A DNA stretch of 64,000 bases from Bacillota bacterium (GTDB lineage Bacteria; Bacillota; Dethiobacteria; DTU022): positions 7,249-71,248 of the forward strand of contig JAUWPV010000007.1 of the NCBI GenBank assembly GCA_030611385.1, written 5' to 3'. The position numbers and the translations under genes are program-made. The notes beneath the pieces were generated by a model. That model saw only the letters and a list, made by a program, of their open reading frames with translations, had not been told where the DNA came from and made no database searches. Below, one piece after another: positions 50,435-60,970 of the stretch. Positions within the stretch are counted from its first letter, which is position 1. The number at the start of each line of letters is the position of its first letter.

Positions 50435-51640
50435 CTAAAAATAAAGCATCGGGTCGTAGCGGTGGTCAGCGACTCCACTTGAGTAGTTACGGATCGACGG
50501 TTTATTATATTCTCTCACTTCAAAGTGCAGATGAACCCCGGTACTGTAGCCAGTCGTACCAGCCCGGGCAATGTGCTGTCCTTTGGCGACAATAGCACCT
50601 GTCTGTACCAATAAACTGCTCATATGAGCATAAAGAGTAACCGTACCGCCACCGTGATCGATCATGATACAGTTACCATAACCACCGCTCCATCCGACAA
50701 AAATAACCTTACCGTCTGCAGCTGCCAGAATATAATTTGCGGCACCATAATGAGGCGCAATATCAATTGCTCCGTGCCAGGCTTGGGCACCGCTGAAAGG
50801 ATCCCTGCGCCAACCATAACCCGAGCTGATCCAGGTCGGCGCTTCAATCGGCCAGAGCATCGCTCCCTCGACACCGGAGAACTGACTTTCTGCCTCGGCA
50901 ATCAACTGGCGAATCAAAGCATCAAGCTGTTGCGCTTCATTCTCCAGATCCTGGATTGCTTTCAGATTTAGAGAAATTTCCCCCTGCAATTCGGTTACCT
51001 TTACGACGCTTTCCGCCGCAACCTGTTCCATTTTCGCTTCCTTGTCAGCAACCTGAGTACGCATATTTTCCAGTTTTGTTTTTTTAAGCTCAAGAGCATC
51101 TTTCCGAGCCTGAATATTATCTCTTTCTGCCTGGATCTCCTCGATCAAGCGTAGATCATTGGAGGCTATGATACTTAAGTTGTGTAAACGGGTTAAGAAG
51201 TCGGAAAAACTGCTTGAGTCGAAGAGTACTTCAATGTATGTAATCACACCGTGCTGCTGGATCGCTCTCAGACGGAGTTTTAGCAGATCTTCCTGGCGGC
51301 GCAATTGCTCTTCAGCCTCAGCCAATTCCGTTTCGGCCTGTCCAATCTCTTCTTCAACAAAATCAATCTCCCCGCTGAGCAGATCAAGTTCAATGCTCAG
51401 CTTTTGCAAAAGCTTTTCCAAATTTTTCAATTCTTCTTTTAAAGCAGCTTCGCGATTCAAACGCTGCTCAAGAGCGCTTTTCTCGTCACAGCGCTTTTTC
51501 TCAATTTCTTCTAACTCTTGTTGTTTGGTTTCGATTTCATCGGTAGTAACAGCATAAACCGGCAGAATTATCGTAAAAGATAAAAACAGGGTAATAAATA
51601 AGATTATTAACCAGACATTTCTCCCTGAATTCATAATCAT
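50435..51640 (-). CDS. M23-family peptidoglycan endopeptidase with N-terminal coiled coil (EnvC-like)
   Basis: Long coiled-coil region. M23 motifs HGAIDI and GYSTGVHLHFEV. Confidence 0.8.
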   Translation of the reverse strand: MIMNSGRNVWLIILFITLFLSFTIILPVYAVTTDEIETKQQELEEIEKKRCDEKSALEQRLNREAALKEELKNLEKLLQKLSIELDLLSGEIDFVEEEIGQAETELAEAEEQLRRQEDLLKLRLRAIQQHGVITYIEVLFDSSSFSDFLTRLHNLSIIASNDLRLIEEIQAERDNIQARKDALELKKTKLENMRTQVADKEAKMEQVAAESVVKVTELQGEISLNLKAIQDLENEAQQLDALIRQLIAEAESQFSGVEGAMLWPIEAPTWISSGYGWRRDPFSGAQAWHGAIDIAPHYGAANYILAAADGKVIFVGWSGGYGNCIMIDHGGGTVTLYAHMSSLLVQTGAIVAKGQHIARAGTTGYSTGVHLHFEVREYNKPSIRNYSSGVADHRYDPMLYF

Positions 51641-51670
51641 TTCCTCCCTGAACTACACACGTTTTTCTCT

Positions 51671-52558
51671 CTATACTTTTAGAAATCGGCCCATCGAAAA
51701 AGTGCTACCTAACACTCCAAGCCCGGTACCCAGCGGAACCAGGTACTTGGCTAACTCTACAATCACCAGCTGTACTGGCAGCAGGTTTAAAAACACCAAG
51801 TTGTTTGCGATAACCCAATCAACTGAAAACTGGTATATGTAGTAAAGAGCTACTATCGGAAGAACCGCTCCTGCAAACCCCAGCAGTAGTCCTTCCAGGA
51901 GAAAAGGCCAGCGAATAAACCAGTTGGTGGCGCCAACGTATTTCATGATCGCAATTTCCTTATTACGCATCATTACAGTCAGCTTGATCGTGTGTGAAAT
52001 CAGAAATACTGCTGTTATTGAAAGCCCGGCCATCAAGGCCAGACCAACCATCTGGAGCACCCTGGTTACTGCAAAAAGGTTTTCTACATAACCCTGGCCA
52101 TAAAATACGGTAGATACGCCGGGATAAGTTTCAAATTCTGCTGCCATAGCAACAACCTCTTCCGGAACAACAGTCCTGATTTCATATGACGCAAGCAAAG
52201 GGTTATCCAGAGACGTATCGTATCCTTCGAGCATTCCTCCCAGTTGACGCTGCAGGCGCTCCATATGTTCCCCGCTCGATACATAGCGGACTTCTGCTAC
52301 TGCATGATGTTCAGAAAGCATACGGTGAAGTTCACTAAGGGTAGCTTCATCGGCCTGATCGTCTATGTAAACAACAATCTCAACCTGCTCTTTAACTGTA
52401 TCGGTGATATGGCCGATATTCAGGTTGATCAGCATAAATACACCGAGCATTAACAGCATCACCGCAACAACGCCGGTTGAGGTAATACACATCCACCGGT
52501 TGCGGTAAAGCCCTTTCAAGGTCTCACCAAGAATGTAGCCAAAACCGCTAATGAACAT
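51671..52558 (-). CDS. ftsX: cell-division ABC transporter permease FtsX
   Basis: FtsX-like N-terminus (…LKGLYRNRWM) and four TM helices. Start assigned at MFISGF; the ORF extends to 52639 and overlaps the ftsE end. Confidence 0.75.
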   Translation of the reverse strand: MFISGFGYILGETLKGLYRNRWMCITSTGVVAVMLLMLGVFMLINLNIGHITDTVKEQVEIVVYIDDQADEATLSELHRMLSEHHAVAEVRYVSSGEHMERLQRQLGGMLEGYDTSLDNPLLASYEIRTVVPEEVVAMAAEFETYPGVSTVFYGQGYVENLFAVTRVLQMVGLALMAGLSITAVFLISHTIKLTVMMRNKEIAIMKYVGATNWFIRWPFLLEGLLLGFAGAVLPIVALYYIYQFSVDWVIANNLVFLNLLPVQLVIVELAKYLVPLGTGLGVLGSTFSMGRFLKV

Positions 52559-53237
52559 TGGTGTAGATCCCCTTTTGCTCATCACCGACCAGTTTACCAT
52601 TTTCAAGGTACAATACTCTCTTTTTGAAACGGTCAACAATATCCCGGTTATGGGTAGCCACCATAATAGTAGTTCCGCGCATATTGATACTGCGCAACAG
52701 ATTCATAATATCGAGAGCCGTCCCCGGATCGAGGTTGCCGGTAGGTTCATCAGCAATGATCAAGGCCGGTCGGTTTGCGATGGCCCGGGCGAGGCTGACT
52801 CGCTGCTGCTCACCACCGGACAGATCGCAAACTCTTGCTTTAGCCTTTTCCTGAAGCCCGACAAGGCCCAAAACATGAGGAATCCGTTTTCTGATTTCCT
52901 TACGCGAAGCCCCGATCACGATCATGGCAAAGGCAACATTATCATATGCCGTTCGCTCTTCCATCAGCCTGAAATCCTGGAATACCATCCCAATATTGCG
53001 CCTTAGATAAGGAAGCCTGTGCCTCGGCAAGCGGGATATGTCCCGGTTAAACACCTTTAAGGTACCGTCGGATGGCCTTAATTCCCTGATAATCAGCTTG
53101 AGCAGTGTCGACTTACCGGCCCCGCTTGAGCCAACAAAAAAAACGAATTCGCCGCGGTCAATAAAAAAATTAATATTTTCCAGGGCAAAACGCCCACCTT
53201 TTTCATATTTCATACACATGTTTTTTGCTTCGACCAT
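52548..53237 (-). CDS. ftsE: cell-division ATP-binding protein FtsE
   Basis: Walker [13 protein letters not shown] signature [14 protein letters not shown]. Start assigned at MVEAKNM; the ORF extends to 53297. Confidence 0.85.
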   Translation of the reverse strand: MVEAKNMCMKYEKGGRFALENINFFIDRGEFVFFVGSSGAGKSTLLKLIIRELRPSDGTLKVFNRDISRLPRHRLPYLRRNIGMVFQDFRLMEERTAYDNVAFAMIVIGASRKEIRKRIPHVLGLVGLQEKAKARVCDLSGGEQQRVSLARAIANRPALIIADEPTGNLDPGTALDIMNLLRSINMRGTTIMVATHNRDIVDRFKKRVLYLENGKLVGDEQKGIYTNVH

Positions 53238-53368
53238 ACAGTCAGACCTTCCCGTGCATATTTTACATAATTCAAGAATGGTTGAAATTTTCGCCATTCA
53301 ATACCTTTACTCTGGACAATATTTTAATATATTTTTACTTATTTTGCAAATAATTTAATTTCAGACAG

Positions 53369-54247
53369 CTAATTCTGCTGCATTGACTTGAAACCCTTGC
53401 CGTGAACTTCCGTTGCATTGCCGATAATGACAAAAGCACTCGGGTCAACTTCATGGGTGATGGCCTTCAATCTGGCTGTTTGGGGACGGGTCACTACACA
53501 GAGCAGCACTTCGCGTCCCTCACCCGTATAACCGCCCTGACCTTCAATTCTGGTTACGCCGCGTCCAAGCTCGTGAAGCAGCTTTTTATTGATCTCAGCG
53601 CCGTTGTTGGTTATGATAATCGCCGACTTAGCCATACCGAGGCCTTCCAGAATTGCATCGATAACCTTGATGCTGATAAATAAAGCAAGGGCAGCATACA
53701 TGGCCGCTTCACTGCCAAATACAAAAACAGCCAGAGCTAAAACAACGAGATCACCCAAGAACATAGCCTGACCAGGGCTGACACCCGAAGTCTTGGCCAG
53801 AATCAGCGAAAGCAGCCCTGTTCCCCCGGCTGAGCCTCGAAAACGAAATATCAAACCAGCTCCAATCCCCATTACTACACCCCCATAAACCGCAGCCAGG
53901 AGAATGTCATCTGTGGCTGCCGGTAGAAAGGGAGCGGTTACTTCAATAGCAAGCGAAAAGAGAAATGTGCCAAGCAAACTCTGGATTACTAGCCGTGGGC
54001 CTAACACCAGGTAACCGACAATGAAAAAAGGTATATTTAAAAGAATAATGGTCAGCCCGACCGGTAATTTGAAAATGTGGTACAGAACGATGCTGAGTCC
54101 GCTTATTCCACCAGGAGCCAGCATATTCGGCACCATAAACATATTTATCCCTACAGCCAGAATCACTGAGCCGACTAAAATACCGATAAAATCGATTATG
54201 ATTATTTTTAGATCAACCTTGCCAATCTTAGGTTTTTTTATTTTCAT
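53369..54247 (-). CDS. YitT-family membrane protein (DUF161/DUF2179)
   Basis: Multi-TM N-terminal domain plus a C-terminal DUF2179-like domain. AGGAG RBS before MKIKKPKIG. Confidence 0.65.
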   Translation of the reverse strand: MKIKKPKIGKVDLKIIIIDFIGILVGSVILAVGINMFMVPNMLAPGGISGLSIVLYHIFKLPVGLTIILLNIPFFIVGYLVLGPRLVIQSLLGTFLFSLAIEVTAPFLPAATDDILLAAVYGGVVMGIGAGLIFRFRGSAGGTGLLSLILAKTSGVSPGQAMFLGDLVVLALAVFVFGSEAAMYAALALFISIKVIDAILEGLGMAKSAIIITNNGAEINKKLLHELGRGVTRIEGQGGYTGEGREVLLCVVTRPQTARLKAITHEVDPSAFVIIGNATEVHGKGFKSMQQN

Positions 54248-54255
54248 CTTTTCTC

Positions 54256-55378
54256 CTACTTCTTCAGCGGAATCATACCGCGGGCTTTCCAACGCAGGTA
54301 CGCTTCGATAAATGGATCGAGCAGACCGTTCATCACTGCCTCTACCTGGCCGATTTCCACTCCGGTGCGGTGATCCTTGACCAAGGTAAAGGGTTGGAAA
54401 GTGTAAGTGCGAATCTGGCTGCCAAAACCAATCTCTCTTTGATAGCCGCGTTCGGCATTGATCTCTTCGACCTGTTCACGCCGGTTCAATTCGGCCAGCC
54501 GGGCCTGCAGCACACGCATAGCCTGCCGACGATTGTTGTGCTGTGAGCGATCATTCTGACAGCTGACTACAATATTGGTTGGTATATGCGTTATTCTTAC
54601 AGCAGAGTCGGTTTTGTTGACATGCTGACCGCCTGCTCCACTCGAGCGAAAAGTATCTATCTTCAGATCGTCGGGATTAATCACAAATTCTTCTTCTTCC
54701 ACTTCTGGGATAACATCTACGGAAGCAAATGAAGTATGCCGCCGTTTTGAAGTATCAAAAGGAGAAATGCGAATCATCCGGTGCACTCCTTTTTCAGCCT
54801 GTAGATATCCGTAAGCAGCATGACCGCGCACGATAATCGTGGCGCTCTTAATCCCGGCTTCATCGTCGATAAGCAGGTCGACCAGCTCAACCTGGTAACC
54901 TCTCTGTTCACACCACCGGTTGTACATACGCAGCAGCATTTCGGCCCAATCCTGTGATTCCAATCCCCCGGCACCCGGGTGAAACGAAACTATGGCATCG
55001 TTAAAATCGTAACTTCCGCCAAATAAAGTTTCCAGTTCCATTTTTTCCAGCCGCTCTTTGATATCTGCGATGATCGGCTTCGCCTCACTTACAGCTTCGT
55101 CTTCATCAAGGCCCTCCTCGTCGGCCAGCTCAAGAAATACTTCGGCTTCTTCAATCAAGTTTTCCAGTTCCTGCAGGGGACGGCTCTTCTCGCGCAGCGC
55201 ACCCTGTTTCTTTAGGTATTCCTGGGCGCGCTTGCCATCTTCCCACATCACCGGATCGGCTGCCGCAGCTTCCGCCTCCTGCAGCAGTTTCAGTTTTCGA
55301 TCATATTCAAAGAGAAACCCTCATTTCCTCAAATCTATTCTGTTGAAGAACCAATTCTTCTCTAAACTCTTTCAGCAT
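54256..55378 (-). CDS. prfB: peptide chain release factor 2, expressed via programmed +1 frameshift
   Basis: ATG at 55378 after an AGGTGG RBS encodes MLKEFREELVLQQNRFEEMRVSL, then CTT TGA A (about 55312-55306). Shifting to the +1 frame continues EYDRKLKLL… into the long ORF with the SPF and GGQ motifs. Confidence 0.85.
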
Positions 55379-55393
55379 CAAACCACCTGCTTT

Positions 55394-58375
55394 CTACACA
55401 CCACAGCATTTTTTATACTTTTTACCACTGCCGCAGGGGCAGGGTTCGTTACGTCCTACTTTATCAACGGTAACCGGTTCCGTTTTGCTCTGTCGACCGT
55501 GCTCAGTCTTACTTATCCCGGCCGATGTAGCACCCCTATCGCCGCCGACTGCAGCGATACGCGGTTGATAACCAGTCACCTCTCCGGAAACAGCCTTTCT
55601 CTGCGGTGCAGCTGACACCCGCACCTGGTAAACAGCCCGCACAACATCAGTCTGGATCTGTTGAATCATATCTTCAAACATATCAAAACTCTGACGCTTG
55701 TATTCAACCAGAGGATCTCTCTGGGCATAAGCCTGAGTGTGAATTTCATTGCGCAGCTGATGCATAGCGTCAATAAAGAACATCCAGTGACGATCGACCG
55801 TTCGCAGCAGAACTACCCGCTCAAGCTCACGCATAATCTCGGGCGTCAGATCTTCTTCCCGTGCTTCGTAAAAAGAGCATGCCTCTTCGATTAACGATGT
55901 GCGCACATCTTCCGTTTCCTGATCAATCAGGTTTTCCAGGGTTATTCTCCCCTGACGCGCAATGAGGTCTTCTACTCGCTCAAGTATAGCCCGGGCATTT
56001 TCATCGTCGAGAAATCCCTGCGCAGACGTATATTCCAGCACCAATCTGCCAATCAATTCTTCGACCATAGCCATGATCGGCTCTTTGACATTCTCGCCTT
56101 CCAGAACGCGGCGACGTTGACTGTAAACCACTTCCCGCTGCTTATTCAAGACATCGTCATAGTCGAGCAGATTACGGCGGATCTCAAAATTTCGCGATTC
56201 TACCTTCTTCTGGGCATTCTCGATCCCTCGGCTGACCAGGGGGTGGTCAATCGGGATATCCTCTTCAATACCAAAACGATCCATCAGTGCAGCGATGCTA
56301 TCTCCGCCGAAAAGACGCATCAGGTCATCTTCGAGAGAGACAAAAAACTGTGATGACCCGGGGTCGCCCTGGCGCCCCGAACGGCCCCGCAGTTGATTAT
56401 CGATACGGCGGCTCTCATGGCGTTCGGTCCCCAGTACATGCAGTCCACCAAAGGATAGAACTTCTTCCCTTTCTCTTTTCGTCTCTTCAACAGCTTCTAC
56501 CATCAGGACGGCCTGACGTTTCTCCCAACGTTCCCTGACTGTACTATCAAGTTCGGTTTCGTCAGCGCCAAATTCATTGATTAGCTGTTCTCTGGCCAGG
56601 TATTCAGGGTTACCGCCTAAAATAATATCGGTCCCCCGACCAGCCATGTTGGTCGAGATCGTCACAGCACCTTTGCGTCCTGCCTGGGCAATAATATAAG
56701 CTTCCCGGGCATGGTTGACGGCATTGAGCACCTCATGCTCAACACCCTGCCGTTTGAGCATTTTGCTCAGCATCTCCGATTTTTCCACGGAGATCGTACC
56801 GACAAGAACAGGCTGTCCTCTTCGTCGGCACTCGCCAATCTCTTCGGCCGCAGCCTTAAACTTGGCTCGATCAGTCTTATAGATCAGATCCGGCAATTCA
56901 TCGCGGATTAGCGGCTGATTGGTCGGAATAGCGACCACATCCATACCGTAGATCGCACGGAATTCTTCTTCCTCGGTCAGGGCAGTGCCGGTCATACCGG
57001 CAATTTTAGCGTACATTCGAAAATAGTTCTGAAATGTAACCGAAGCCACTGTGCGTGTTGCCGCCTGCACCTGGACTCCTTCTTTCGCTTCAATGGCCTG
57101 ATGCAAACCGTCCGAATAGCGACGGCCGGGCATCAGTCTGCCGGTAAATTCATCGACAATAATCACCTTGCCATCCTGGACAACATAGTCGACATCCCGC
57201 TCAAAGAGTGAGTAAGCTTTGATCAGTTGGTCAAAATAGTGGCGGTGCTCACTGGCAGTCTCTGCATCTTGATCTTCATCAGCATCTTCTGGTTCGGCAC
57301 GCCCCTTACCCAGGCGCAGCAGCTGCAGGAGTTGAGGATTGATTCGCTCGAGCTCGCGATACCCTTTATCCTTAATATCAGCAAGCCGGGTCGCTTCGTC
57401 AATAACATAGTAAAGTTCTTCGTCAAGATGGTTAAGCCTTTTCTCGGTCATCAGGCGTTGTTTGGTTCGCTCAACCAACCTTTCGATGCCTGGTTCCTTC
57501 ATCATTTTCATCAGGTTTTTATGCTTCGGCACTCCCCGGCGGGCCAGCAGCAGTTTCTCTGCTGCTTCTTCGCGGTTTTCAGTATCCAGTTCCTGATTGG
57601 CGCTATCTAAAAGTTCGCCGACCAGGCGACTCTGCTTGCGGATCAAATGTTCCACTTCATTTTTCCAGCGACCGTAATCTTCCTGAGCCTCAACCCGGCT
57701 GCTGATAATCAGCGGAGTACGCGCCTCGTCAATCAGAATGCTGTCAACTTCGTCAACTATGGTATAGTGCAAATCCTGCTGAACCATCTCATCTTTATAG
57801 AGAACCATGTTGTCCCGAAGATAATCAAAGCCAAGCTCATTGTTTGTGGCATAGGTTATATCAGCGCTATAGGCTTCACGGCGCTGCACCGGTTCGAGAT
57901 TCTGCACTACAAGGCCTACTTTCAAACCGAGGAATTTAAAGATCGGGCCCATCCATTCGCGGTCGCGGCGGGCCAGATAATCATTGACAGTAACAATATG
58001 GACCCCTTCACCGGTCAGGGCGTTCAAGTATGCCGGTAAGGTGGCAACCAGGGTTTTCCCTTCCCCTGTCTTCATCTCTGCTATACGGCCCTGGTGCAAA
58101 ACAACAGCCCCGACCACCTGGACATCAAAGGGCCGCATCCCGGTTTTACGTAGGGCTGCCTCGCGTGCAAGAGCAAACGCTTCTGGTAAAATATCATCCA
58201 GATTTTCTCCCTGCTTTAAACGATCCCTGAAATTTTCAGTCTGTTTGGGAAAATCGTCATCAGCGAGAGCCGAAGCCCACGGCTCTAGTTCACTAACCTG
58301 TTCGACTATATGTTGGAGGCGACGGACCTCTTTCTCGTTGGGGTCGCCAAATAGTTTATTGATAAAAGCGGTCAT
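55394..58375 (-). CDS. secA: preprotein translocase ATPase SecA
   Basis: 993 aa with full-length SecA similarity. C-terminal zinc-binding [14 protein letters not shown]. Confidence 0.95.
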   Translation of the reverse strand: MTAFINKLFGDPNEKEVRRLQHIVEQVSELEPWASALADDDFPKQTENFRDRLKQGENLDDILPEAFALAREAALRKTGMRPFDVQVVGAVVLHQGRIAEMKTGEGKTLVATLPAYLNALTGEGVHIVTVNDYLARRDREWMGPIFKFLGLKVGLVVQNLEPVQRREAYSADITYATNNELGFDYLRDNMVLYKDEMVQQDLHYTIVDEVDSILIDEARTPLIISSRVEAQEDYGRWKNEVEHLIRKQSRLVGELLDSANQELDTENREEAAEKLLLARRGVPKHKNLMKMMKEPGIERLVERTKQRLMTEKRLNHLDEELYYVIDEATRLADIKDKGYRELERINPQLLQLLRLGKGRAEPEDADEDQDAETASEHRHYFDQLIKAYSLFERDVDYVVQDGKVIIVDEFTGRLMPGRRYSDGLHQAIEAKEGVQVQAATRTVASVTFQNYFRMYAKIAGMTGTALTEEEEFRAIYGMDVVAIPTNQPLIRDELPDLIYKTDRAKFKAAAEEIGECRRRGQPVLVGTISVEKSEMLSKMLKRQGVEHEVLNAVNHAREAYIIAQAGRKGAVTISTNMAGRGTDIILGGNPEYLAREQLINEFGADETELDSTVRERWEKRQAVLMVEAVEETKREREEVLSFGGLHVLGTERHESRRIDNQLRGRSGRQGDPGSSQFFVSLEDDLMRLFGGDSIAALMDRFGIEEDIPIDHPLVSRGIENAQKKVESRNFEIRRNLLDYDDVLNKQREVVYSQRRRVLEGENVKEPIMAMVEELIGRLVLEYTSAQGFLDDENARAILERVEDLIARQGRITLENLIDQETEDVRTSLIEEACSFYEAREEDLTPEIMRELERVVLLRTVDRHWMFFIDAMHQLRNEIHTQAYAQRDPLVEYKRQSFDMFEDMIQQIQTDVVRAVYQVRVSAAPQRKAVSGEVTGYQPRIAAVGGDRGATSAGISKTEHGRQSKTEPVTVDKVGRNEPCPCGSGKKYKKCCGV

Positions 58376-58436
58376 CGGTAAGCTCCTTTCGCCTAAATAC
58401 TACCATCGGTTCAAACGGTCAAATCGGTTACGCTAA

Positions 58437-59552
58437 TTATACAGCATTCGGATCAAGCTCAGAACAGAGTGCCCACAGACTGCCCGAAACAAGGGAATGC
58501 CCGCCGAGAACAACAGGGATCTGGCACTCCACAGCTGCCCGTGTAAATTCTCTCAACCACGGATGCTCTATCTCTTTCCAACATCCTAAATCTGATAAGT
58601 AGCGATCCCGATCTGAGGGATCATACCGGTAATGGTAGATCAAGACCCGACTGTCGATAAATGCGCAGCGAGCCACCCAGGCCAGGTAATTGAAAAATTG
58701 GTCGAGGCCGGCATTATCAATCAGTAGTCCAAGTAGTGAAACAACCTCTTGTGCTTTAATCCGACCAAGAGATTTCATGCCCCTTTCTTCCGAAAATACA
58801 CGCAGGCGCAGTTTCAGAACAGCATTAAGGCGTCCGATTACCGGCGCTCCAACCCGGCCGATCAGAACTACATCCTCGTATTCATCTCTCAGTACAGCTT
58901 TGGCCTGTTCAAGATTGCTGTAATCAAGGTTGAAACTCTCGATCGCTGCTTTCGTCCGCAGCCCACCGAAAGGACTCGCTCCCAGAACAAGGATATCAGA
59001 GGGGGTATCGATGTCGAACATGAGGCCGAGAGAGTGCGGCATCAGCTCCATCTTCAGGCCAAGCTGGTCGCGCAGCGTCAAAGCAAAACTGTTATCCATC
59101 ACCGGAAGTTCGGCTTCGGCAATAGCTTCCGGTACCGTAAAAGCAATTATATCTACAGATTGTGTGTTATTAGTGTAAACAAACTGCTCCCTCTGAAGCA
59201 GTTTTTGACAGATCATCTGCAGTTCTTCAACAGTAATCAGGGGGCAGCCTGCACCGCTCAGGCATAAAACCCTGGTTAATCCGTGTTCTTTAATTGTCGC
59301 CTGCATTGCTTTGCCAAAATGAAACTGATCTGGTCCGATGGAATTGAGTAATACTTCCGCGCCCAGACAGGTGGCCGATTCTACAAGCTCCGGACGGTTA
59401 GTGTGCAGATAGATCTTCCCCAGGCTGGGGATACATTTCATTTTCTCCAGGTTGTCCAGCAGGGCTGCCTGGCGAACCTTGGCCATCATCTCTTCCACCA
59501 TGCTCTTTGGCTGTGAACCCTCGAAGATGACGGCACTGACACCATCGTTCAT
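58437..59552 (-). CDS. hypothetical protein; N-terminal half weakly resembles the MobA-like/CofC-like nucleotidyltransferase fold, C-terminal ~170 aa unknown
   Basis: 371-aa ORF between hpf and secA. Contains D-I-D-T-P-S-D, a C-terminal signature shared by MobA/CofC/DUF2064-type nucleotidyltransferases. No other recognisable motifs. Confidence 0.4.
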   Translation of the reverse strand: MNDGVSAVIFEGSQPKSMVEEMMAKVRQAALLDNLEKMKCIPSLGKIYLHTNRPELVESATCLGAEVLLNSIGPDQFHFGKAMQATIKEHGLTRVLCLSGAGCPLITVEELQMICQKLLQREQFVYTNNTQSVDIIAFTVPEAIAEAELPVMDNSFALTLRDQLGLKMELMPHSLGLMFDIDTPSDILVLGASPFGGLRTKAAIESFNLDYSNLEQAKAVLRDEYEDVVLIGRVGAPVIGRLNAVLKLRLRVFSEERGMKSLGRIKAQEVVSLLGLLIDNAGLDQFFNYLAWVARCAFIDSRVLIYHYRYDPSDRDRYLSDLGCWKEIEHPWLREFTRAAVECQIPVVLGGHSLVSGSLWALCSELDPNAV

Positions 59553-59603
59553 AAGGACGAACCTCTTCCCACTGCAATCTGTTACCGTTCTGTTGCAGTC
59601 ACT

Positions 59604-60139
59604 TTACTCCGGCTCAATCAGACCATAATGTCCGTCCTTGCGGCGGTAGACAACACTAATTGAATTGCTTTCATCATTGACGAATACAAAAAAGTTATGA
59701 CCGAGCAGGTCCATCTGGAGAATAGCTTCTTCGACGTTCATCAGCTTGAGCGGAAAACGCTTGGTTTTAACCAGGCGGTGCTCTTCTTCCGCCCTCGCTT
59801 CAGCTTCAGTAGCGGCATGTTTCTCGCTGATAACACGTAATCCTCTTTGACGCAGCGACTTGTTCATACGGGTCTTATACTTCTTGACCTGCCGCTCCAG
59901 TTTATCGAGTACCATGTCAATCGAGGCATACATATCGCTGGTTGACTCTTCTCCCCGCAGGATCAGGCCATTAAAGTACATGGTTACTTCAACGATATGC
60001 TCATCACGAATGACGCTCAGGACAACCTGGGCATCGGTAGATTTATCGAAATGCTTATCCAGCTTACTTATCTTCTTTTCTGCGTAATCGACCAGCGCCG
60101 GTGTAACTTCAATGTTTTTACCACGCACAGAAATTTTCA
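59604..60139 (-). CDS. hpf: ribosome hibernation-promoting factor (long form)
   Basis: GTG start (VKISVRGKNIEVT) 8 nt after a GGAGG RBS. 178 aa with a C-terminal dimerisation extension. The ORF extends to 60224. Confidence 0.8.
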
Positions 60140-60226
60140 CCTTGACAACCTCCTGCTCTTTAGTATAGATAATCATACTACTATAATAAATATTCCCCAG
60201 TCCAGTAAAAAATCCTTCCCCCAAAA

Positions 60227-60970
60227 TTAGCTTATTCGTGGATTATATGCAATCACCACTCCAAAAACTTTTGCGCCACAGCCATGTAATACTGCTGCCG
60301 CCTCTTTCATTGTTGCTCCGGTGGAATAGATATCATCAATTAAAAGCACAACAAAACCCTGCGGTAGCGACGAAGTACAGCTGAAGACACCATGGATGTT
60401 TTCACGTCTTTCCAATCGGGATATCGTTGTCTGGGAAACAGTATCTTTATTTTTCACCAAAAGCTGCCGGCAGGGTATCCCGAGAATCCTGGCCGTATGA
60501 CAGGCTACCAGGGTGCTCTGGTTGAATCCGCGCTCCTTCTCACGAAGCCTGTGCAAAGGTATCGGCACAACTACATGCGGGGCGCAGTACTCCTGCTTTA
60601 TGATCTCTCGTGCTAACCAGACTCCGAAGGGACGGGCCAGGGAGCGGCGGTTCCTGTATTTCAGATCATGAAGCAGTGCCCGCCACTGCTGATCATACCT
60701 GGAAAGGGCAAATAGCGACTGCAGTGGAGATGCTGCCGAAAAGCAGGTGCATTCAGTTTGTCCCTGAAAGAACCTTTCACACTGGGGACAGATCCGTCCG
60801 GCGGGCGAAAAAGTTGTTCGACATGAGCTGCAAAGTGGCAACCCATCCGCTGACGGCAGGATAGTGCGGCAAAAGAGGCAGCGATCCGGAAAGAGTAAAT
60901 TCAGTAAATAATCAAGCGGGCGTGCGGAAGGCTCTACTTCCGGCAAACCCTGATTTCGAGAGTGCGGCAT
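60227..60970 (-). CDS. comFC: ComF family protein (ComFC-like phosphoribosyltransferase)
   Basis: N-terminal Cys4 zinc finger (CLFCR…CSSCR). C-terminal PRTase motif VLLIDDIYSTGAT. Confidence 0.75.
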   Translation of the reverse strand: MPHSRNQGLPEVEPSARPLDYLLNLLFPDRCLFCRTILPSADGLPLCSSCRTTFSPAGRICPQCERFFQGQTECTCFSAASPLQSLFALSRYDQQWRALLHDLKYRNRRSLARPFGVWLAREIIKQEYCAPHVVVPIPLHRLREKERGFNQSTLVACHTARILGIPCRQLLVKNKDTVSQTTISRLERRENIHGVFSCTSSLPQGFVVLLIDDIYSTGATMKEAAAVLHGCGAKVFGVVIAYNPRIS

